DNA of 64,000 bases from Azolla caroliniana (lineage: Eukaryota; Plantae; Polypodiophyta). This document shows positions 24,333-36,867 of this stretch, one piece after another. The translations under genes and the position numbers were made by a program. The notes under the pieces were generated by a model that did not search any database, was not told the origin of the DNA, and saw only the letters and a list, made by a program, of their open reading frames with translations. Position 1 is the stretch's first letter. Every line of letters starts with the position of its first letter. The stretch covers positions 5,022,001 to 5,086,000 of the forward strand of contig JBHGNT010000022.1 of the NCBI GenBank assembly GCA_043228905.1, written 5' to 3'.

Positions 24333-24719
24333 ATTGTCAGCAAGAATGTCAGTGATTGAAGTGAATCAATTCAATTTGAGCGATTATGGCAGTGAATGAA
24401 TTCATTGTGAAAATGGTCGTTAGTATGATCGTTGCAGTGCAATCATTACACGTAGTTGGGCACCTGCCTATTAATGAGTCGGGCTCCTACCTGGCATATA
24501 AGTCGGCTCATTAATAAGTTGGGCTCCTCATTAATGATTCAGGCTCCTAAACCCTTCTTGATATTGACCATTCCCATTCTAGTAATCAGATTTAATATTA
24601 CAAAATAAAAGGAATACCATATCAACCATAATACAAAATTAACCACAAAAACACGAAGGTTGGGTTTATTGGTTGCAATATACATGATCTTGAAGTTCCA
24701 ATGTACCAAAAAAGATTTG

Positions 24720-25201
24720 ACAACCTTGTTACAAAAAAGGTTTATTGGTTCCACGGGATCATACCAACAAGATTTATAGCCTTGTTTCGCCAAAGATACT
24801 TTAACAAGATACAAGTGGGAATACCATCTTTAGTCGGTAATACACAAGATGTACAGACATAATATTACAAAATCAACCATTTGCAAATATGAAGGATCAT
24901 ACCAACAAGATCCTTGCACCTTGTTACAAAAAAGATACTGTGGGAATATCATGTGTAGTCGGTAATACACAAGACGTATAGATGTAAATTTGGAATATTA
25001 CAAAATCAACCATTTACAAATATGAAGGATCATACCAACAAGATTCTTGCACCTTGTTACAAAAAAGATACTTTAACAAGATACAAGTGGGAATACCATG
25101 TGTAGTCGGTAATACACTGGACGTATAAATGTAATATACAAAATCAACCATGTATAAATATGAGGGATCATACCAACAAGATTCTTGCGCCTTATTACAA
25201 A
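24720..25201. repeat. ~132-139-bp tandem repeat (~3.5 units), cut by an LTR at 25202
   Basis: gatcataccaacaaga recurs near 24757, 24896, 25028 and 25166. Confidence 0.85.
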
Positions 25202-26003
25202 TGTTGGAGTCTAAGACCATTAGTGTAGAAACATAAACATCACCTTGAGATAAAGATCACCGAGTTAGCAAGTTATAGAAAAAACAGAGAGATAGCGTGA
25301 GAGAGAGAGAGAGAGAGAGAGAGAATGGCACATAAGAAGTAACTGTATTATTCGAAGCTCAAAGTTACAATAGAATGAAGGCAACTACAACAACAACAAC
25401 CACTTTTTAATACTAGGTTACAAGAGTTAGTTAAAATACTAATTGACTTAGGGCAACCACCCTTTCTACTATTTACAGAAATAGTCTAAACCTAGTGTGT
25501 CCACTCGGACAATGTGAATACGGCCATTATACACCCATATTCGACACTCCCCTGTAATGGACGTATACACTATGGGGAAACCTGTAATATAAAACAAGAT
25601 GTTTAGGTTACACAAAGAGATGCTTGAGTGAATCGGCTAGTTCGAGTGCAGAGGCCGGTTCAGTTGTTAAGGTCAAGTGCTCGAAGCTATCTATGTTGTC
25701 CGACTCGATCAAACTGGATACTCCTTAAGACCATCTGGTGTCGAAGTGACTGAAATAGGTAAATTGTGAGACACTTGGTCATCCCACCTAATATGTTGTC
25801 GGTCATGGAAATCTTCTCGAGGTCGAGCTTCCGTGAAGTTACACAGTCCCGAATAAAGTGATACCGAACGTCAATATGCTTGGAGGCGTTGTGATGAACC
25901 GGATTCTTCGACAGAGCAACAACACCTTGAATGTCGTTGTAGACAACTAGAGCTGAATTGGGGTCGGCTTGTCGAAACGTACAAGCCAGCTGACCGAGCC
26001 ATT
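25202..26003 (-). mobile_element. Truncated copia: 3' LTR (25202-25546), PPT and RNase H end
   Basis: TG...CA; PPT complement ctcccct follows; minus translation gives KNPVHHNASKHIDVRYHFIRD. Confidence 0.8.
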
Positions 26004-26079
26004 TCTAAAAATGCACTAATTTCAGGATATTACCAGTAGATGGCAATGTAGGAGTGTTAATAGGCACAGAAACATGCAA

Positions 26080-26520
26080 TGGAATCATGAGTAACAAGCT
26101 GCTAGAAGACAATATTGAGCTTGGAAAGGCTTTGTTGGACTAGGTGGATCATGGCTCAACAAAGATTTTTTGTGGTTTACTTGGTGAGGTATAAGAAATA
26201 TTTTCAACTTTGATTTCGAGATACAAGGATGTGGGATGCACTGATTTTGGCCTTGAGAAGTTTGCCAAGGTGGCAGTGAAAGAGCGATTGACATGCATAG
26301 AAAATCAAATTGAAATTATAAGTAAGAGGATGTTAGAAGACAATATTGAGCTTGGGAATGCTTTGTTGGATATGTATGCTATATGTGCAAATCTTGAAAA
26401 AACACAAAAAACAATCAATGATATTTCAGTTCGAGATGTAAATGATATTCTTGTAAACAAACATGTTCTCTTGTGAAATGCATCTATTACAAGATATGTT
26501 GAGCATGGATCAACAAAGAT
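26080..26520 (+). pseudogene. PLS-class PPR gene fragment
   Basis: LEDNIELGNALLDMYAICANLEKTQKTINDISVRDV...RYVEHG, plus an upstream degenerate copy LEDNIELGKALL. Confidence 0.7.
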
Positions 26521-27367
26521 TGGTAGTGTAAAGGTGGAGCAATAATTGAAGCATGAGCACAATTTGAGAATTTATTGCTGGTGGAAAGAAATGGGTGATC
26601 CTTAGGATGTTCGTGAAAGTAATGCTAATAGGAAGGATCAAGGTTTTCATTTCCAACAAGGAGTTGATGTGGCAGAACGATGTAATTTAAAGAATGTTCT
26701 GCATGCTATGGTTCTCCGAAGTTGTGTGAGCATACAAGTTGTTCATTTTCTTCATGTATACGAGGTAGTTTCAAGAGAATGGATGGAATATAGAGCTAGG
26801 TTGGAAGCTTGTTTACTCAAGATATACAAGACGTTGTGAAGCAATGGTTGAAGCTTCGATTGGACCTACGGTTTTAATACATGACGAAACTTTTGATGAT
26901 AGCATACATGTTGGAGTGATCATGAATAATTATACTTGCAAAGTCTTATGTAATGAAGGCAAGTTGAAGGTCGCCATTTATCACATATGATTCGAGGAGA
27001 TATGATACAACGACTTTCCATGTTATTGGGATATATTGAGTAGGATAAAATTGAGGATGCTATACAACACTATCCTTGAAGGCTTGTGTAAGGTGTCTAA
27101 TTATTATGATGACATTTTCTGGTATGATGAAAGTAGGCGGCAGGATCCATGGCTAGTAATTAGGATAGTCCTTTTTCCTCTTCTTTTTCATCTCTTTCGT
27201 AGTTTGTACTTGATAGGTTTTTTTTTTAACTAATGGAAGGATATTTTGTTTTGGAAAAAAAAGAAAAAGGAAAAGGAAATACATATGTATGTATGTATGT
27301 ATGCATGGCCTAGTGAGGGAATCGTGGCCACCAATGGTGCGTGGCTGAGGGTGCGTGTGATTTGCAA

Positions 27368-27905
27368 GGAAGACCCGGTGAGAACCGAATGATGCAGGCC
27401 CGGTGAGAAGCTCTCATCAGATGAAGGGACATATAGGTAAATATGTTTCTGAGAGCCCATTGAGACTATATCTGTAAATAGCCTGAAAGTCATATTAGTA
27501 TAAATATGACTTAGGGCAAATAGGTTTAGTGTTGGTCATTCTTTGTTGTCATATTGTTGTAACTCTTGTATAGAGAGAGTGACAGAGAAAGAGAGAGAGA
27601 GAGCGTGAGAGCAGCTACGAGCACTCTCTGTTGTAACCGTCGTCAGGCGAAGAGTATGAGCATGAGGTCGTTGCCTTTATGCCCCCTGTTGTATTCTTTG
27701 ACATAGTGATAGTTTGGAGACTGTGGGCTCCCGTGGTTTTTCCCTCTCAGGGTTTTCCACGTCAACATCTTGTGTACTCTCTTGTTCACAGTGTGTGTGC
27801 ATATACTTGTATTTATCCCCCATTCCCATTCTCGGTGTTTCGATTCTAAATGACACGATCTGAGACTCGGTTGTGGCCGGGTAATATTCCGCATATTTTG
27901 CGTCA
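27368..27905 (+). mobile_element. 5'-truncated LTR, same family as the LTR at 56036-56626
   Basis: Inverted homology to 56036-56600 (ccggtgagaacc repeats, TATA, ends ...cgtca). Confidence 0.8.
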
Positions 27906-30900
27906 ATAACTCCCAAAATATATTCCTACGCGGAATGTCTTTCCAACGGCCTCACGGTTTACGCACCGGTCCGGCCTAACCGATCGATCCCAACTGATCC
28001 GGTTCTCGGCTTGCACAACCGATCCGGCCAATGTTGAGCTTGTATCTCAACACTCCCCCTCAAGCTCGACTTGAGGTTCCATTCGCTCTTCCGGATCTAT
28101 GCTCCGGTTCCTTCTAGCTTCACGCCTTGCTCACGCTCCTCGACCTGTTCGATTCCGCGTGCCTCGACCCTTCCGGTCCGCTTGCGTGCTCGTGCGGCCC
28201 TTCTCAGCTCCGTTGTTGTCGCGGTGTTGGTGCTTCTTCTGCTACCTTCTCTTCCGCTTGGCCCTCAGTTGATTCGACGTATCCGAATCAAACATCTGAA
28301 CCGACTCGGCTTCCTCCGATCGGTTTTCGCTTTCGTCCAAGTTGGCTATCTCCAACTCGTCTTCGGTATTCTCGCCCTTGATGGCTTCGTCTCCCCCATG
28401 CTTGGTTGGCTTCGGCTCTTTCTTTCAACTGCTCCCCTTATATCCGCTTTCAGAATCTTCCGCGGATCCGCCCTCGGCTTCTTCAGCCGATCCGAAATCA
28501 AATTCATCATCTGACTTGGCGCCGCGGTCTTCCAGAACTTCTCTCCCCCTTCCGTGGTCATTCAGGACGTCTCTCCCCCTCAAGTTCGGCACGTCGAGGT
28601 GACGCAACCCAAGCGCACCCGAGAATTGCCGCAACTTGTCTAGACCAAGAGGCTTGGTGAAGATGTCGGCGGTCTGCCGATCCGTCGGAACATATTGAAG
28701 TTCGACTTCACCGGAGAGGACACGCTCACGGACGAAATGGTAGTGCACCTCAATGTGCTTAGTCCGGGCATGGAAGACAGGATTCTTTGCTAGTTGGATG
28801 CTACTAAGGTTGTTGCAGTAGATTGTCGTTGGATCGGATACCTCCACCTGCAAATCCTTAAGTAGCTGCTTCAACCATATGGCTTCGCATGTTGCGACAA
28901 CCGCTCCTCTATACTCAGCTTCGGTGCTCGACAACGCAGCTGTCAGCTGCTTCTTGCTACTCCACACAATCGCGGCACTCCCAAGAGAGAACGTGAAACC
29001 GGATGTGGATCGGCGATCGGCAACGTTGCCGGCCCAGTCGGCATCAGTGTAGCCGACCAACTGCGGGGTTGTACTGGTCCGATATAGTAGCCCCCAGTCC
29101 TTACTGCCGCTTACGTACCGCAGTACGCGTTGCGCACACTGAAGATGCTCCTCGGTAGGTCGCGCCATGAACTGACTAATCACCCCGACCGGGTAGCTAA
29201 AATCTGGTCGGGTGATGGTCAAGTATATAAGGCTTCCACTACTTGATGGCTCTTCTTCAGACTGGTCAAACCGACTTAGTCATCCATTCGGTCCACTTAA
29301 CCGAAACGAGATCGGACTCTCTTCGAGGCTCCCGATTTCACCCTCATCCAGAGGCACTTCAGCCTCGCTGACCTCATCATCAGAACTCGGATTGGAGTTG
29401 AGGTCCGGAGTCGGAGGCAGGTACCAAGATGCAGACTCGTCAAACACAACATCGTGGCTCACGTGAGCTTGTTTGGTTCGGAGGTTATAGCACTTATCAC
29501 CCTTCTGCTCGTCCGAATAGCCGACTAAGATACACTTCTCAGCTTTCGCATCCAACTTCCTCCGTTTCTCCTTCGGCACATGCACATACGCAATGCTACC
29601 GAAAACTCTCAAGTGTCGTAGATTCGGCTTCCTTCCGAAATACAGCTCATGCGCCGACACTTTGTCTCTAATCCGATTCTGGATGTACACCGCGGTTCGT
29701 ATCGCCTCGGCCCAATAGAACTTGGGCAAGCTCTTTTCTTCCAGCATTGCCCGCGCCGCTTCCACAATTGACCGATTTTTCCTTTCAGCCACGCCGTTTT
29801 TCTCCGGCGTATATCTACAACTGAATTCGCGTTGAATTCCCATATGTTGTAGATACCCATTGAATTGACCGAAAAAGTACTCTTTTCCGCCATCCAACCG
29901 CAGGCACTTGATCTTTCTTCCTATTTTTCCCTTTCGAAGAAACTCTTGAGGTCCCGGAAACAGTCGAAGACTTCACTCTTCTTCTCAATGAGGTAGATCC
30001 ATGTGTGTCGCGTATAGTCGTCGATGAAGGAGACGAAATATCGACTCCCGCCAAGACTAACGTTCTGTGCCGTCCCCCATACATCCGAATGTATCAAGCT
30101 CTGGTTACGCTCGTTAGGGAAAGGAAGTCGGTGTTGCTTCCCTAGCTGGCAAGCTTCACAAATTTGTGCCTTCCGGCCACTAAATTTGGGCATTCCGAAC
30201 ACCACCTATTTCGATTGCAGGTCCTGAAGCCGTTGATACTTGACGTGGTCTATCCGCTTGTGCCATAAGTTGATATCCGACTTGACTTTTTGTCCTTTCG
30301 CGAACATTGTGGTGCCACCGTCAGCCGAAATGAGATCGGACTCTCATCTAGAGCACCGAACTCGTCTTCTTCTTCTGCCCGAATTGTTTCAAGCTCGCTA
30401 GCCTCATCCTCCGGAATTGGGTCGGAGTTGGGGGTCGGAGTCAGTAGAGTGCACCATGGTGTCGACTCGTCAAATTCAAGATCTCATCTTACTTGGACTT
30501 CCTTTGTCAGGGGATTGTACCACTTTTCCTCATGTGAGTAGCCGACTAGTACGCACTTCTCCGACTTTGGATCCAGATTTCTCTACGTCTGATCCGGTAC
30601 ATGCACATGGGCTATGCTACTGAATATCCTAAGGTGCCTTAAATTCGGCTTTCGCCCGAAATACAGCTCGTGTGCTGACACCTTACCCCGATCCAGTTTT
30701 GGATGTAGACGGCCATCCTGATGCCTCGGCCCAGTAGAAGTTGGGCACACTCTTCTCCTCCAGCATCTCTCATGCCACCTCCACAATCGACCGAATCTTC
30801 CTTTCGGCCACTGAGGCAGATCTGGACCATCTCATCTTCGTCCACTGTCACGTTGATGGACCTAAGCGCATCGCAAATCTCCTTGATCTTGGTGGTGTAG

Positions 30901-31779
30901 TCGATAACCGTCATGTCCCGTGCCGGATATTGTTGAGCTCTTGTCAGAGTTGCAACTTCCGAGTCGTGGTACTTGCGGCGAAAATCATCCGGAGATTTTC
31001 CCATGCCTCCTTCGGTGGCTTTGCATCTCTGATGTAGTCAAGCATCTAATCGTGCACACAGGACACAATGCAGTGCATTACTTTGCTCACTCCTTGCTCC
31101 CATACTGGAAAGTTCTTGTATGTCGAATCCAGTGTTGCTTCATTTGCTCCTTCCACGTAGCTCCAATATCCATGCCCCAGTAGGTACTGGTGCATTTTAT
31201 ACGACCAGGACGCATAATTGCTCCGGTCAAGCTTTTCTATAGGAAGTGAGCTCGCCATGCTTTTGTCCATATCTTTCTTCTCTCTTATGTTCTTTACCGG
31301 TGATTAGGGTTTGTCCGATTTGAGCAATTGTCGGCAGTAGAGGTTCTCAACCCTCGCGCTCTGATACCATGTAAAGACTAATATGCGGAATCTTGTCGAT
31401 GAAACCGGTTTACCCGGATAGCAACAGAAAACAAGGTTTAATGGAAGCTTGAATACACAGGAGAGACAGAGAGAGAGCAGAACAAAAATTCAATTAAAAA
31501 GTAATAACACTCTACGTATACAAATTTCCTATAGAACACTTTTTTATACAAGTCCTTAAAGGACTCACAGAATTACTGACATGTACTTCAATGCTCATAC
31601 GAGCGACTGACACTAACTCCAAGGAATATGCCTAGTACTAGGCTAGATTCGTAGGCCTCTAAAGGCCTACTGGTTACAATCCGATCTGTGTCTCTGATCC
31701 GGCTCTTGGTTCCAAATACCTATTCAATTCTCCGGCTTATTCAGCCGATCCGGATCCAGTTGAGCTTGTCCGCTCAATA
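27906..31779 (-). mobile_element. Internally deleted or chimeric copia related to copia-2
   Basis: Partial 3' LTR 27906-28052 with PPT; RH, IN and gag fragments with junctions at ~29240, ~30320 and ~30810; iMet PBS 31358-31369; 5' LTR 31370-31779. Confidence 0.85.
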
Positions 31780-33580
31780 ATTGTCAATGTCTCTCTACAA
31801 TATTAGTAGTGTCAACATGTTCGTAGTTGAATAATCTACCAAACTTGGGCCATAGTTTCCCCCACACACATGTCAAGCCACACCATCCTCCTTCGATATT
31901 TTACCAAACACTAGGTTTGCCCACATATTCTACCTTTAACTCCTCACACATCACATTCAACGTCAAATATATAATGCAATGCATGAGTTGGCACATTCGT
32001 TGATAAGTCGATATTTTGCCAAACACTAGGTTTTTTTTTTTCTTATTTTTTATACTACTTTAGTATTTTTTTATCTTTTTGGCTCGCCCGAAGGCTACAA
32101 CTCACAGAATTCATGTTTTATTAGTAGTCCATCAGGGGGTGTACCAAATGTTTTATGATGAGACTCGCACCACGTTCCATCATGCAACTTGTAGACAGGC
32201 TACATTTTACCTTCTTCATCGTCAAAACCGTCATTGTTGTCACCATCTTCGTCGTCGTCACTTACGGGCACAAACTGCCCTTCACTGTCACCATCTATGT
32301 CATCGCCACTTACAGGCACAAACTACCCTTTTTAAGTACCACATGTATGTTGGTGCGGGGAGACTTGAACCTTCAACCTAGCAGTTGGAGTGTCCCCCCA
32401 TTACCATTACACCAACACATCACGGGACCAAACCAAACACTAGGTTTTTTTATTCTACCTTTAACTCCTCACACATCACATTGAACGTCAATTCTATAAT
32501 GCAATACATGAGTTGGTTTCTCTCTGCAACATTTACTTTGGGCAACAAGTTTTTCACCGATGATTTTTTTGTGTGAAACTGATACAACAAAAGCCAACAA
32601 TGTGTTTATGGTCATTGCCCATTTGCAACAATCCAAGATTGATGGTCTTGAGCAACCACATTAGATATGGTATTATATGATGTCCAACATTCATCAATCA
32701 CTATTGCATTTGGTCTCACCTTGGGCCAGACCATGAGACCTTGGGCATCCTTGCGAATATAACTCTCAAGCAAGTTTCTAATGCAATTTGATCATGGTTT
32801 GGCCCCTTATCATAACTACATATCATGTACCATAATGGGATCCCAAACTCCATGGCCTTTGGGGCAACCGCAACATATAATGGTAGCCCAAATTGGTTTG
32901 TTTTAAATGTTAAGTCAATTGCCCAAGAGTTGTTCTGCGACAACCACTCACACATTTCCAACATCCATTTATCTTGAAGTATCAAGATAAATGGTTGTCT
33001 AGCAAGAGATACTGGTTCACCGGGCAAGTAGGTTGGACATACAAGCCATCTTCCCAAGATTTCAGAGTGCATAAGCATCTTGAATCATTAATGACCAATC
33101 AACCTCTAACATGGCACTCTTGATTTTTAAGACATTTGTCATGTCATGGACCTCCTTTGGTATCATAAAGAACTGGTAACTAGCAAGTTCTAATGGACTA
33201 GCCTTGGATTTGTGATATGCCTCTTTACACATGCTCATATGTGCACTATGCCTTGCACACCCAACATTGAATAGGTCATCTTTGCAACAACTTATGACAT
33301 TTGGGTGTGCCAGCAAATGGTACACATTCGGTCTACTACCTAGTACATGACCGCTATGAGGTCCATATATTGAAATGGTCATGGTCCCTTGGTCAACCCT
33401 GTCATTTCTTTGCACATCAACATGGAAGGTACACTCACATTAGGATGTGCCCTAGTGTCGTTGAGTGGAAGGGTTCACACATTGAGATATCCCAATGCAA
33501 TGACAACTATACCTAGTCACACATGTACCCTTCTGGACCCCTTTCTGAAAGCGTGTGTGATACTTGGTTTGAACATTGTT
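31780..33580 (-). mobile_element. Second MULE transposase relic
   Basis: Colinear with 2690-3367 plus 9471-10050; WAIDLTFKTNQFGLPLY motif. Confidence 0.78.
32031..32432 (-). mobile_element. tRNA-derived SINE (~400 bp)
   Basis: TSD CCAAACACTAGG (32019-32030 / 32433-32444); A box TGGTGTAATGG (32414-32404); B box GGTTCAAGTC (32371-32362); A-rich tail 32031-32080. Confidence 0.85.
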
Positions 33581-34244
33581 GAGTGTTTGATTAATGGGTA
33601 GGGCGATTGATTAGTGAGTTGGACAACTAACTACTCAACAAGCGTCTTTGATGAGTAGGGTGGTTGATTAATGAGTAGAGTTTCTTAAATTAGTAGCGTG
33701 TTTGATTCAAATGTATACCCCATATCGTGACCATATACAAAATGGTTCTTTTCATTCGTACGACTAACCCATATACATATAAAAAATGGTTTATTCATAT
33801 CCAACTTATAGATTTTGTTGATTATTCCTCCAATTCAGCCTTGACCGAATTGGGAGTCGGTCGATTTTCCGGCCTCAACCAAGTTCTTGTCGACCAATGC
33901 AGCTTATCTCTCCATCCGAAGGGACAAGTTTTCCCAATAGCTTCATATACAAATGATTGATTCATATCCAACTTATAAAGTCATACATCATACACAAAAT
34001 GGTTGTTTTCATTCATATGACTATGAAAACGGAAATCCCAAAATCCTTCGTGTCATTTTGCCATGTTTGTTCGAAGGAGATTTACGTCTTTGTGCTTGAA
34101 CTAGTTCTTTGTACTTGTACCCAAAGTGCCCATAAAAACCCACCCATTACTTATAAAAGCAACATGAAATCCACATGTACACCATACTTACAAAATCATG
34201 TGATCAAAACACTTGGATGAACTTCTCAACTAGCATCTGAAAGG

Positions 34245-34700
34245 ACTACATCACGTAACATCCATAGTCCCACCCATTGGGTTGGCTAGGTTGGGATGTG
34301 CAAGACATGATATCGACCCTCCGTTACGATGCAATGGTCGTTTGGGGCGCTACATATCATTTGTATGCCCATCTGTGCCAAATTCTTCAATGTGCCCATT
34401 GGATCATTATTAAGTGGATCATAAAAGAGTACCTAGTGAGTCACCTTTGTAGCATCGACACCAGTTCGATTGTGTTGCATCTTCGTCCATAGCACTCAAT
34501 GCCATGAGTGTAATGTGGGTATGAAGATGTAATCGCATTCTGACACACGTCCCAGGATGTCCTCCACCTTACAACTTTGCGCATGATGTTGCACCCAAAG
34601 TGGATTGACAATGTGGAACCGCTCAAACACATCTTGGGGCATCATATGCTCTATCTACACGATGAACAGACTCATGGTCCATTTGTATGCCATTTCCCCC
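34245..34700 (-). pseudogene. Ulp1-like (C48) cysteine protease relic, probably MULE-associated
   Basis: Minus translation DYIFIPTLHSWH*VL...VLFYDPL and, after a frameshift, QPSQPNGWDYGCYVM. Confidence 0.7.
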
Positions 34701-36867
34701 ACTTTTCACATTGCCCTCAAATCAAACTCAACCACAAAATCCGCAAACACAAGACTGCGACATGCTAACTAGAACCTCTAAATTGCTTGCCATTTATTTG
34801 CATTGTGTTTCGTCTTCTTGCACGTTGAAGACTTAACTGGACATTCACATCCTTTTGGGTCATGTCCCATGTTCACGTGGCATTACCAAATCTTTTGTTG
34901 ACGTTGATATGCCCTATCACCTCAACATTTTAGTTGGCATCAAAGTCCATCATATGTATCATGTTATTGGGTTTTGATAGTAATTCAAACTCCATTCAAA
35001 TTTTGGTTACTTATGAGATTTTGGTATCCAAACCTCACAATCTAGAAAGAATTTCTCAATTCTAAAACTAAATGTTTAATATCTTTGTACATTCAAGAGT
35101 TTAACATCAAATGGATGGATGATGCTTTCGAAGATGCTATGTAAGTGTAAGATGCTCTTTAAACCAATTTCCCTAACTTTCCATTGCAAGAATTCAATTG
35201 TTTAGAGAGCGGTAGTATGAATATTACCTAACATGACTTTCAAAACCACACATTAAGACATCGTTACTTCAATCAAATTGTTGGACATTAATCCACCATG
35301 TGAGCCCATAATGAGGACATCTTGATTGACAAATCCACAAAATCAACCCATAGTGAGAACATTCAAGTTATTGGATATTGATGCAAGAAGTAAAAATCCA
35401 AGAAAAAGGAATAGATTTAATCTATGGATACTAAACCTAATGCTAAGCCGAATAATATATTTGTGCTTACAATTCATAAAATGTAATGTAACAACTCTTC
35501 ATAAAATCATTTGAATGCAAATAAACTCACAAGCCTATTCATTCAAGAATTGTAGATCATTGAATTGGATATACTAATTTGCAAGAACCAATTTCAATTT
35601 TAAACAAATATTTTGAACTAGAGTGTTCGTAGGAACATGGAGAGAATCTAACAATCAATCAAAAGTTGGCTCTATTAGGAAAATGGAAGCTATTGATTGG
35701 AATTGTATGGCACTTGGGCTTGAATAAATATTATAAATATTTATATAGACGACAGACATGTTACACATCAGTACAATGCTCAAAACGAAACTTGATACAT
35801 GGAGGACCTAGAGATCAAGAAAGGAAATTGCTTTTCATGTCACATGATTGCCATCCTGCAAGACTAAAGCGCTTTAGATATGATTGTCGTCCATAAACAA
35901 GGTTAGATATGACATGAACGTTTCTATAACTCTTTACAATATTCTCCGTCATTCCAATCTTCCATGTTTATGACATCATAATCACCTCTAATGTTCAGTT
36001 CCATAAAAAATACACACAAACTCCCAAACATGGAGACAAACAAACCCTTGGATGTCAAATTTATCATGGAATTCTCACATTGACAATTCGTGAAGGTTCT
36101 AGGAGGCATAAAACATGTGTCAAACAAACCAATCCTCAATCATTAATAATCTTGAAAGAGTAGCAACACTAATCCACTTCTTGGAAAAGTCGTTTAAATG
36201 GTTGATCAAAGAGATATCATATTCAATCAGCACTAGTTGATCTAGAAGTTTTGGTAACAGTACCTTACATTGAGAATGTTAAATCAATTTCAAAATTAGA
36301 CTGTTAGCAAGGACCAGCCCGATTCTCTTACCTGGGGATACATATTGCATTGAGTAGCCCCAAGAGAGCGGCCAACTCCAACTATTGTCCATGTACAATC
36401 CGGATGCTGCTGTATTGGCTTTAAAACGACATGCTAAGAGATGTGAATGCAATGCAGAAGGCATTGCAAACCCTTTTTTGGTATAGTTAAACATTAACGT
36501 TTGAATACAAAGGATCCACATGCAATGATGGGGAGCATATAGCACGACGCTCATTACCCAGTGCATTTTACACAAAATACAAGGTTTCACAAAATTTAAA
36601 TGAAAGGTTTTCTTCCATGAATTCATCATTCATTCCATCAAATTTGAGCACTCTCCTACTTCATGGATTTCATCATCCAACTATGTATATATATCCGCTA
36701 TATATATATACAGGATGGAATTTGCTTTTACTCCAATGACAAGTATACAAATATGCATTAGAATGCAGTCCATTGCATTATAATAATAAGAGGAGAGAAA
36801 AAGAAACCAAGCTGCTTACTTGTAGATCAATAGAGCAAAAGCCAATAAAAATGGCTTTGAACAATTT

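Larger units (their letters stand above)
1200..24550 (-). mobile_element. Decayed Mutator-like (MULE) DNA transposon, interrupted by two nested copia elements; ends approximate
   Basis: Minus-strand transposase fragments at ~1900-3367 and 9471-10560 (WAIDSTFKTNQF, AIVIDKCW, QFHAKKSW, TTNIVERHW, SWIM-like CDCQELASKCEH). The sequence rejoins across both copia TSDs and is colinear with the copy at 31780-33580. Confidence 0.7.

Noticed and set aside
26560-27130. Possible gag-like relic
   Set aside because: Too degenerate; no motif could be confirmed.
36320-36820. Possible 3' UTR introns of UBC22 (minus-strand GTAAG at 36819 and ~36331)
   Set aside because: Donor-like motifs alone are not enough without transcript data.
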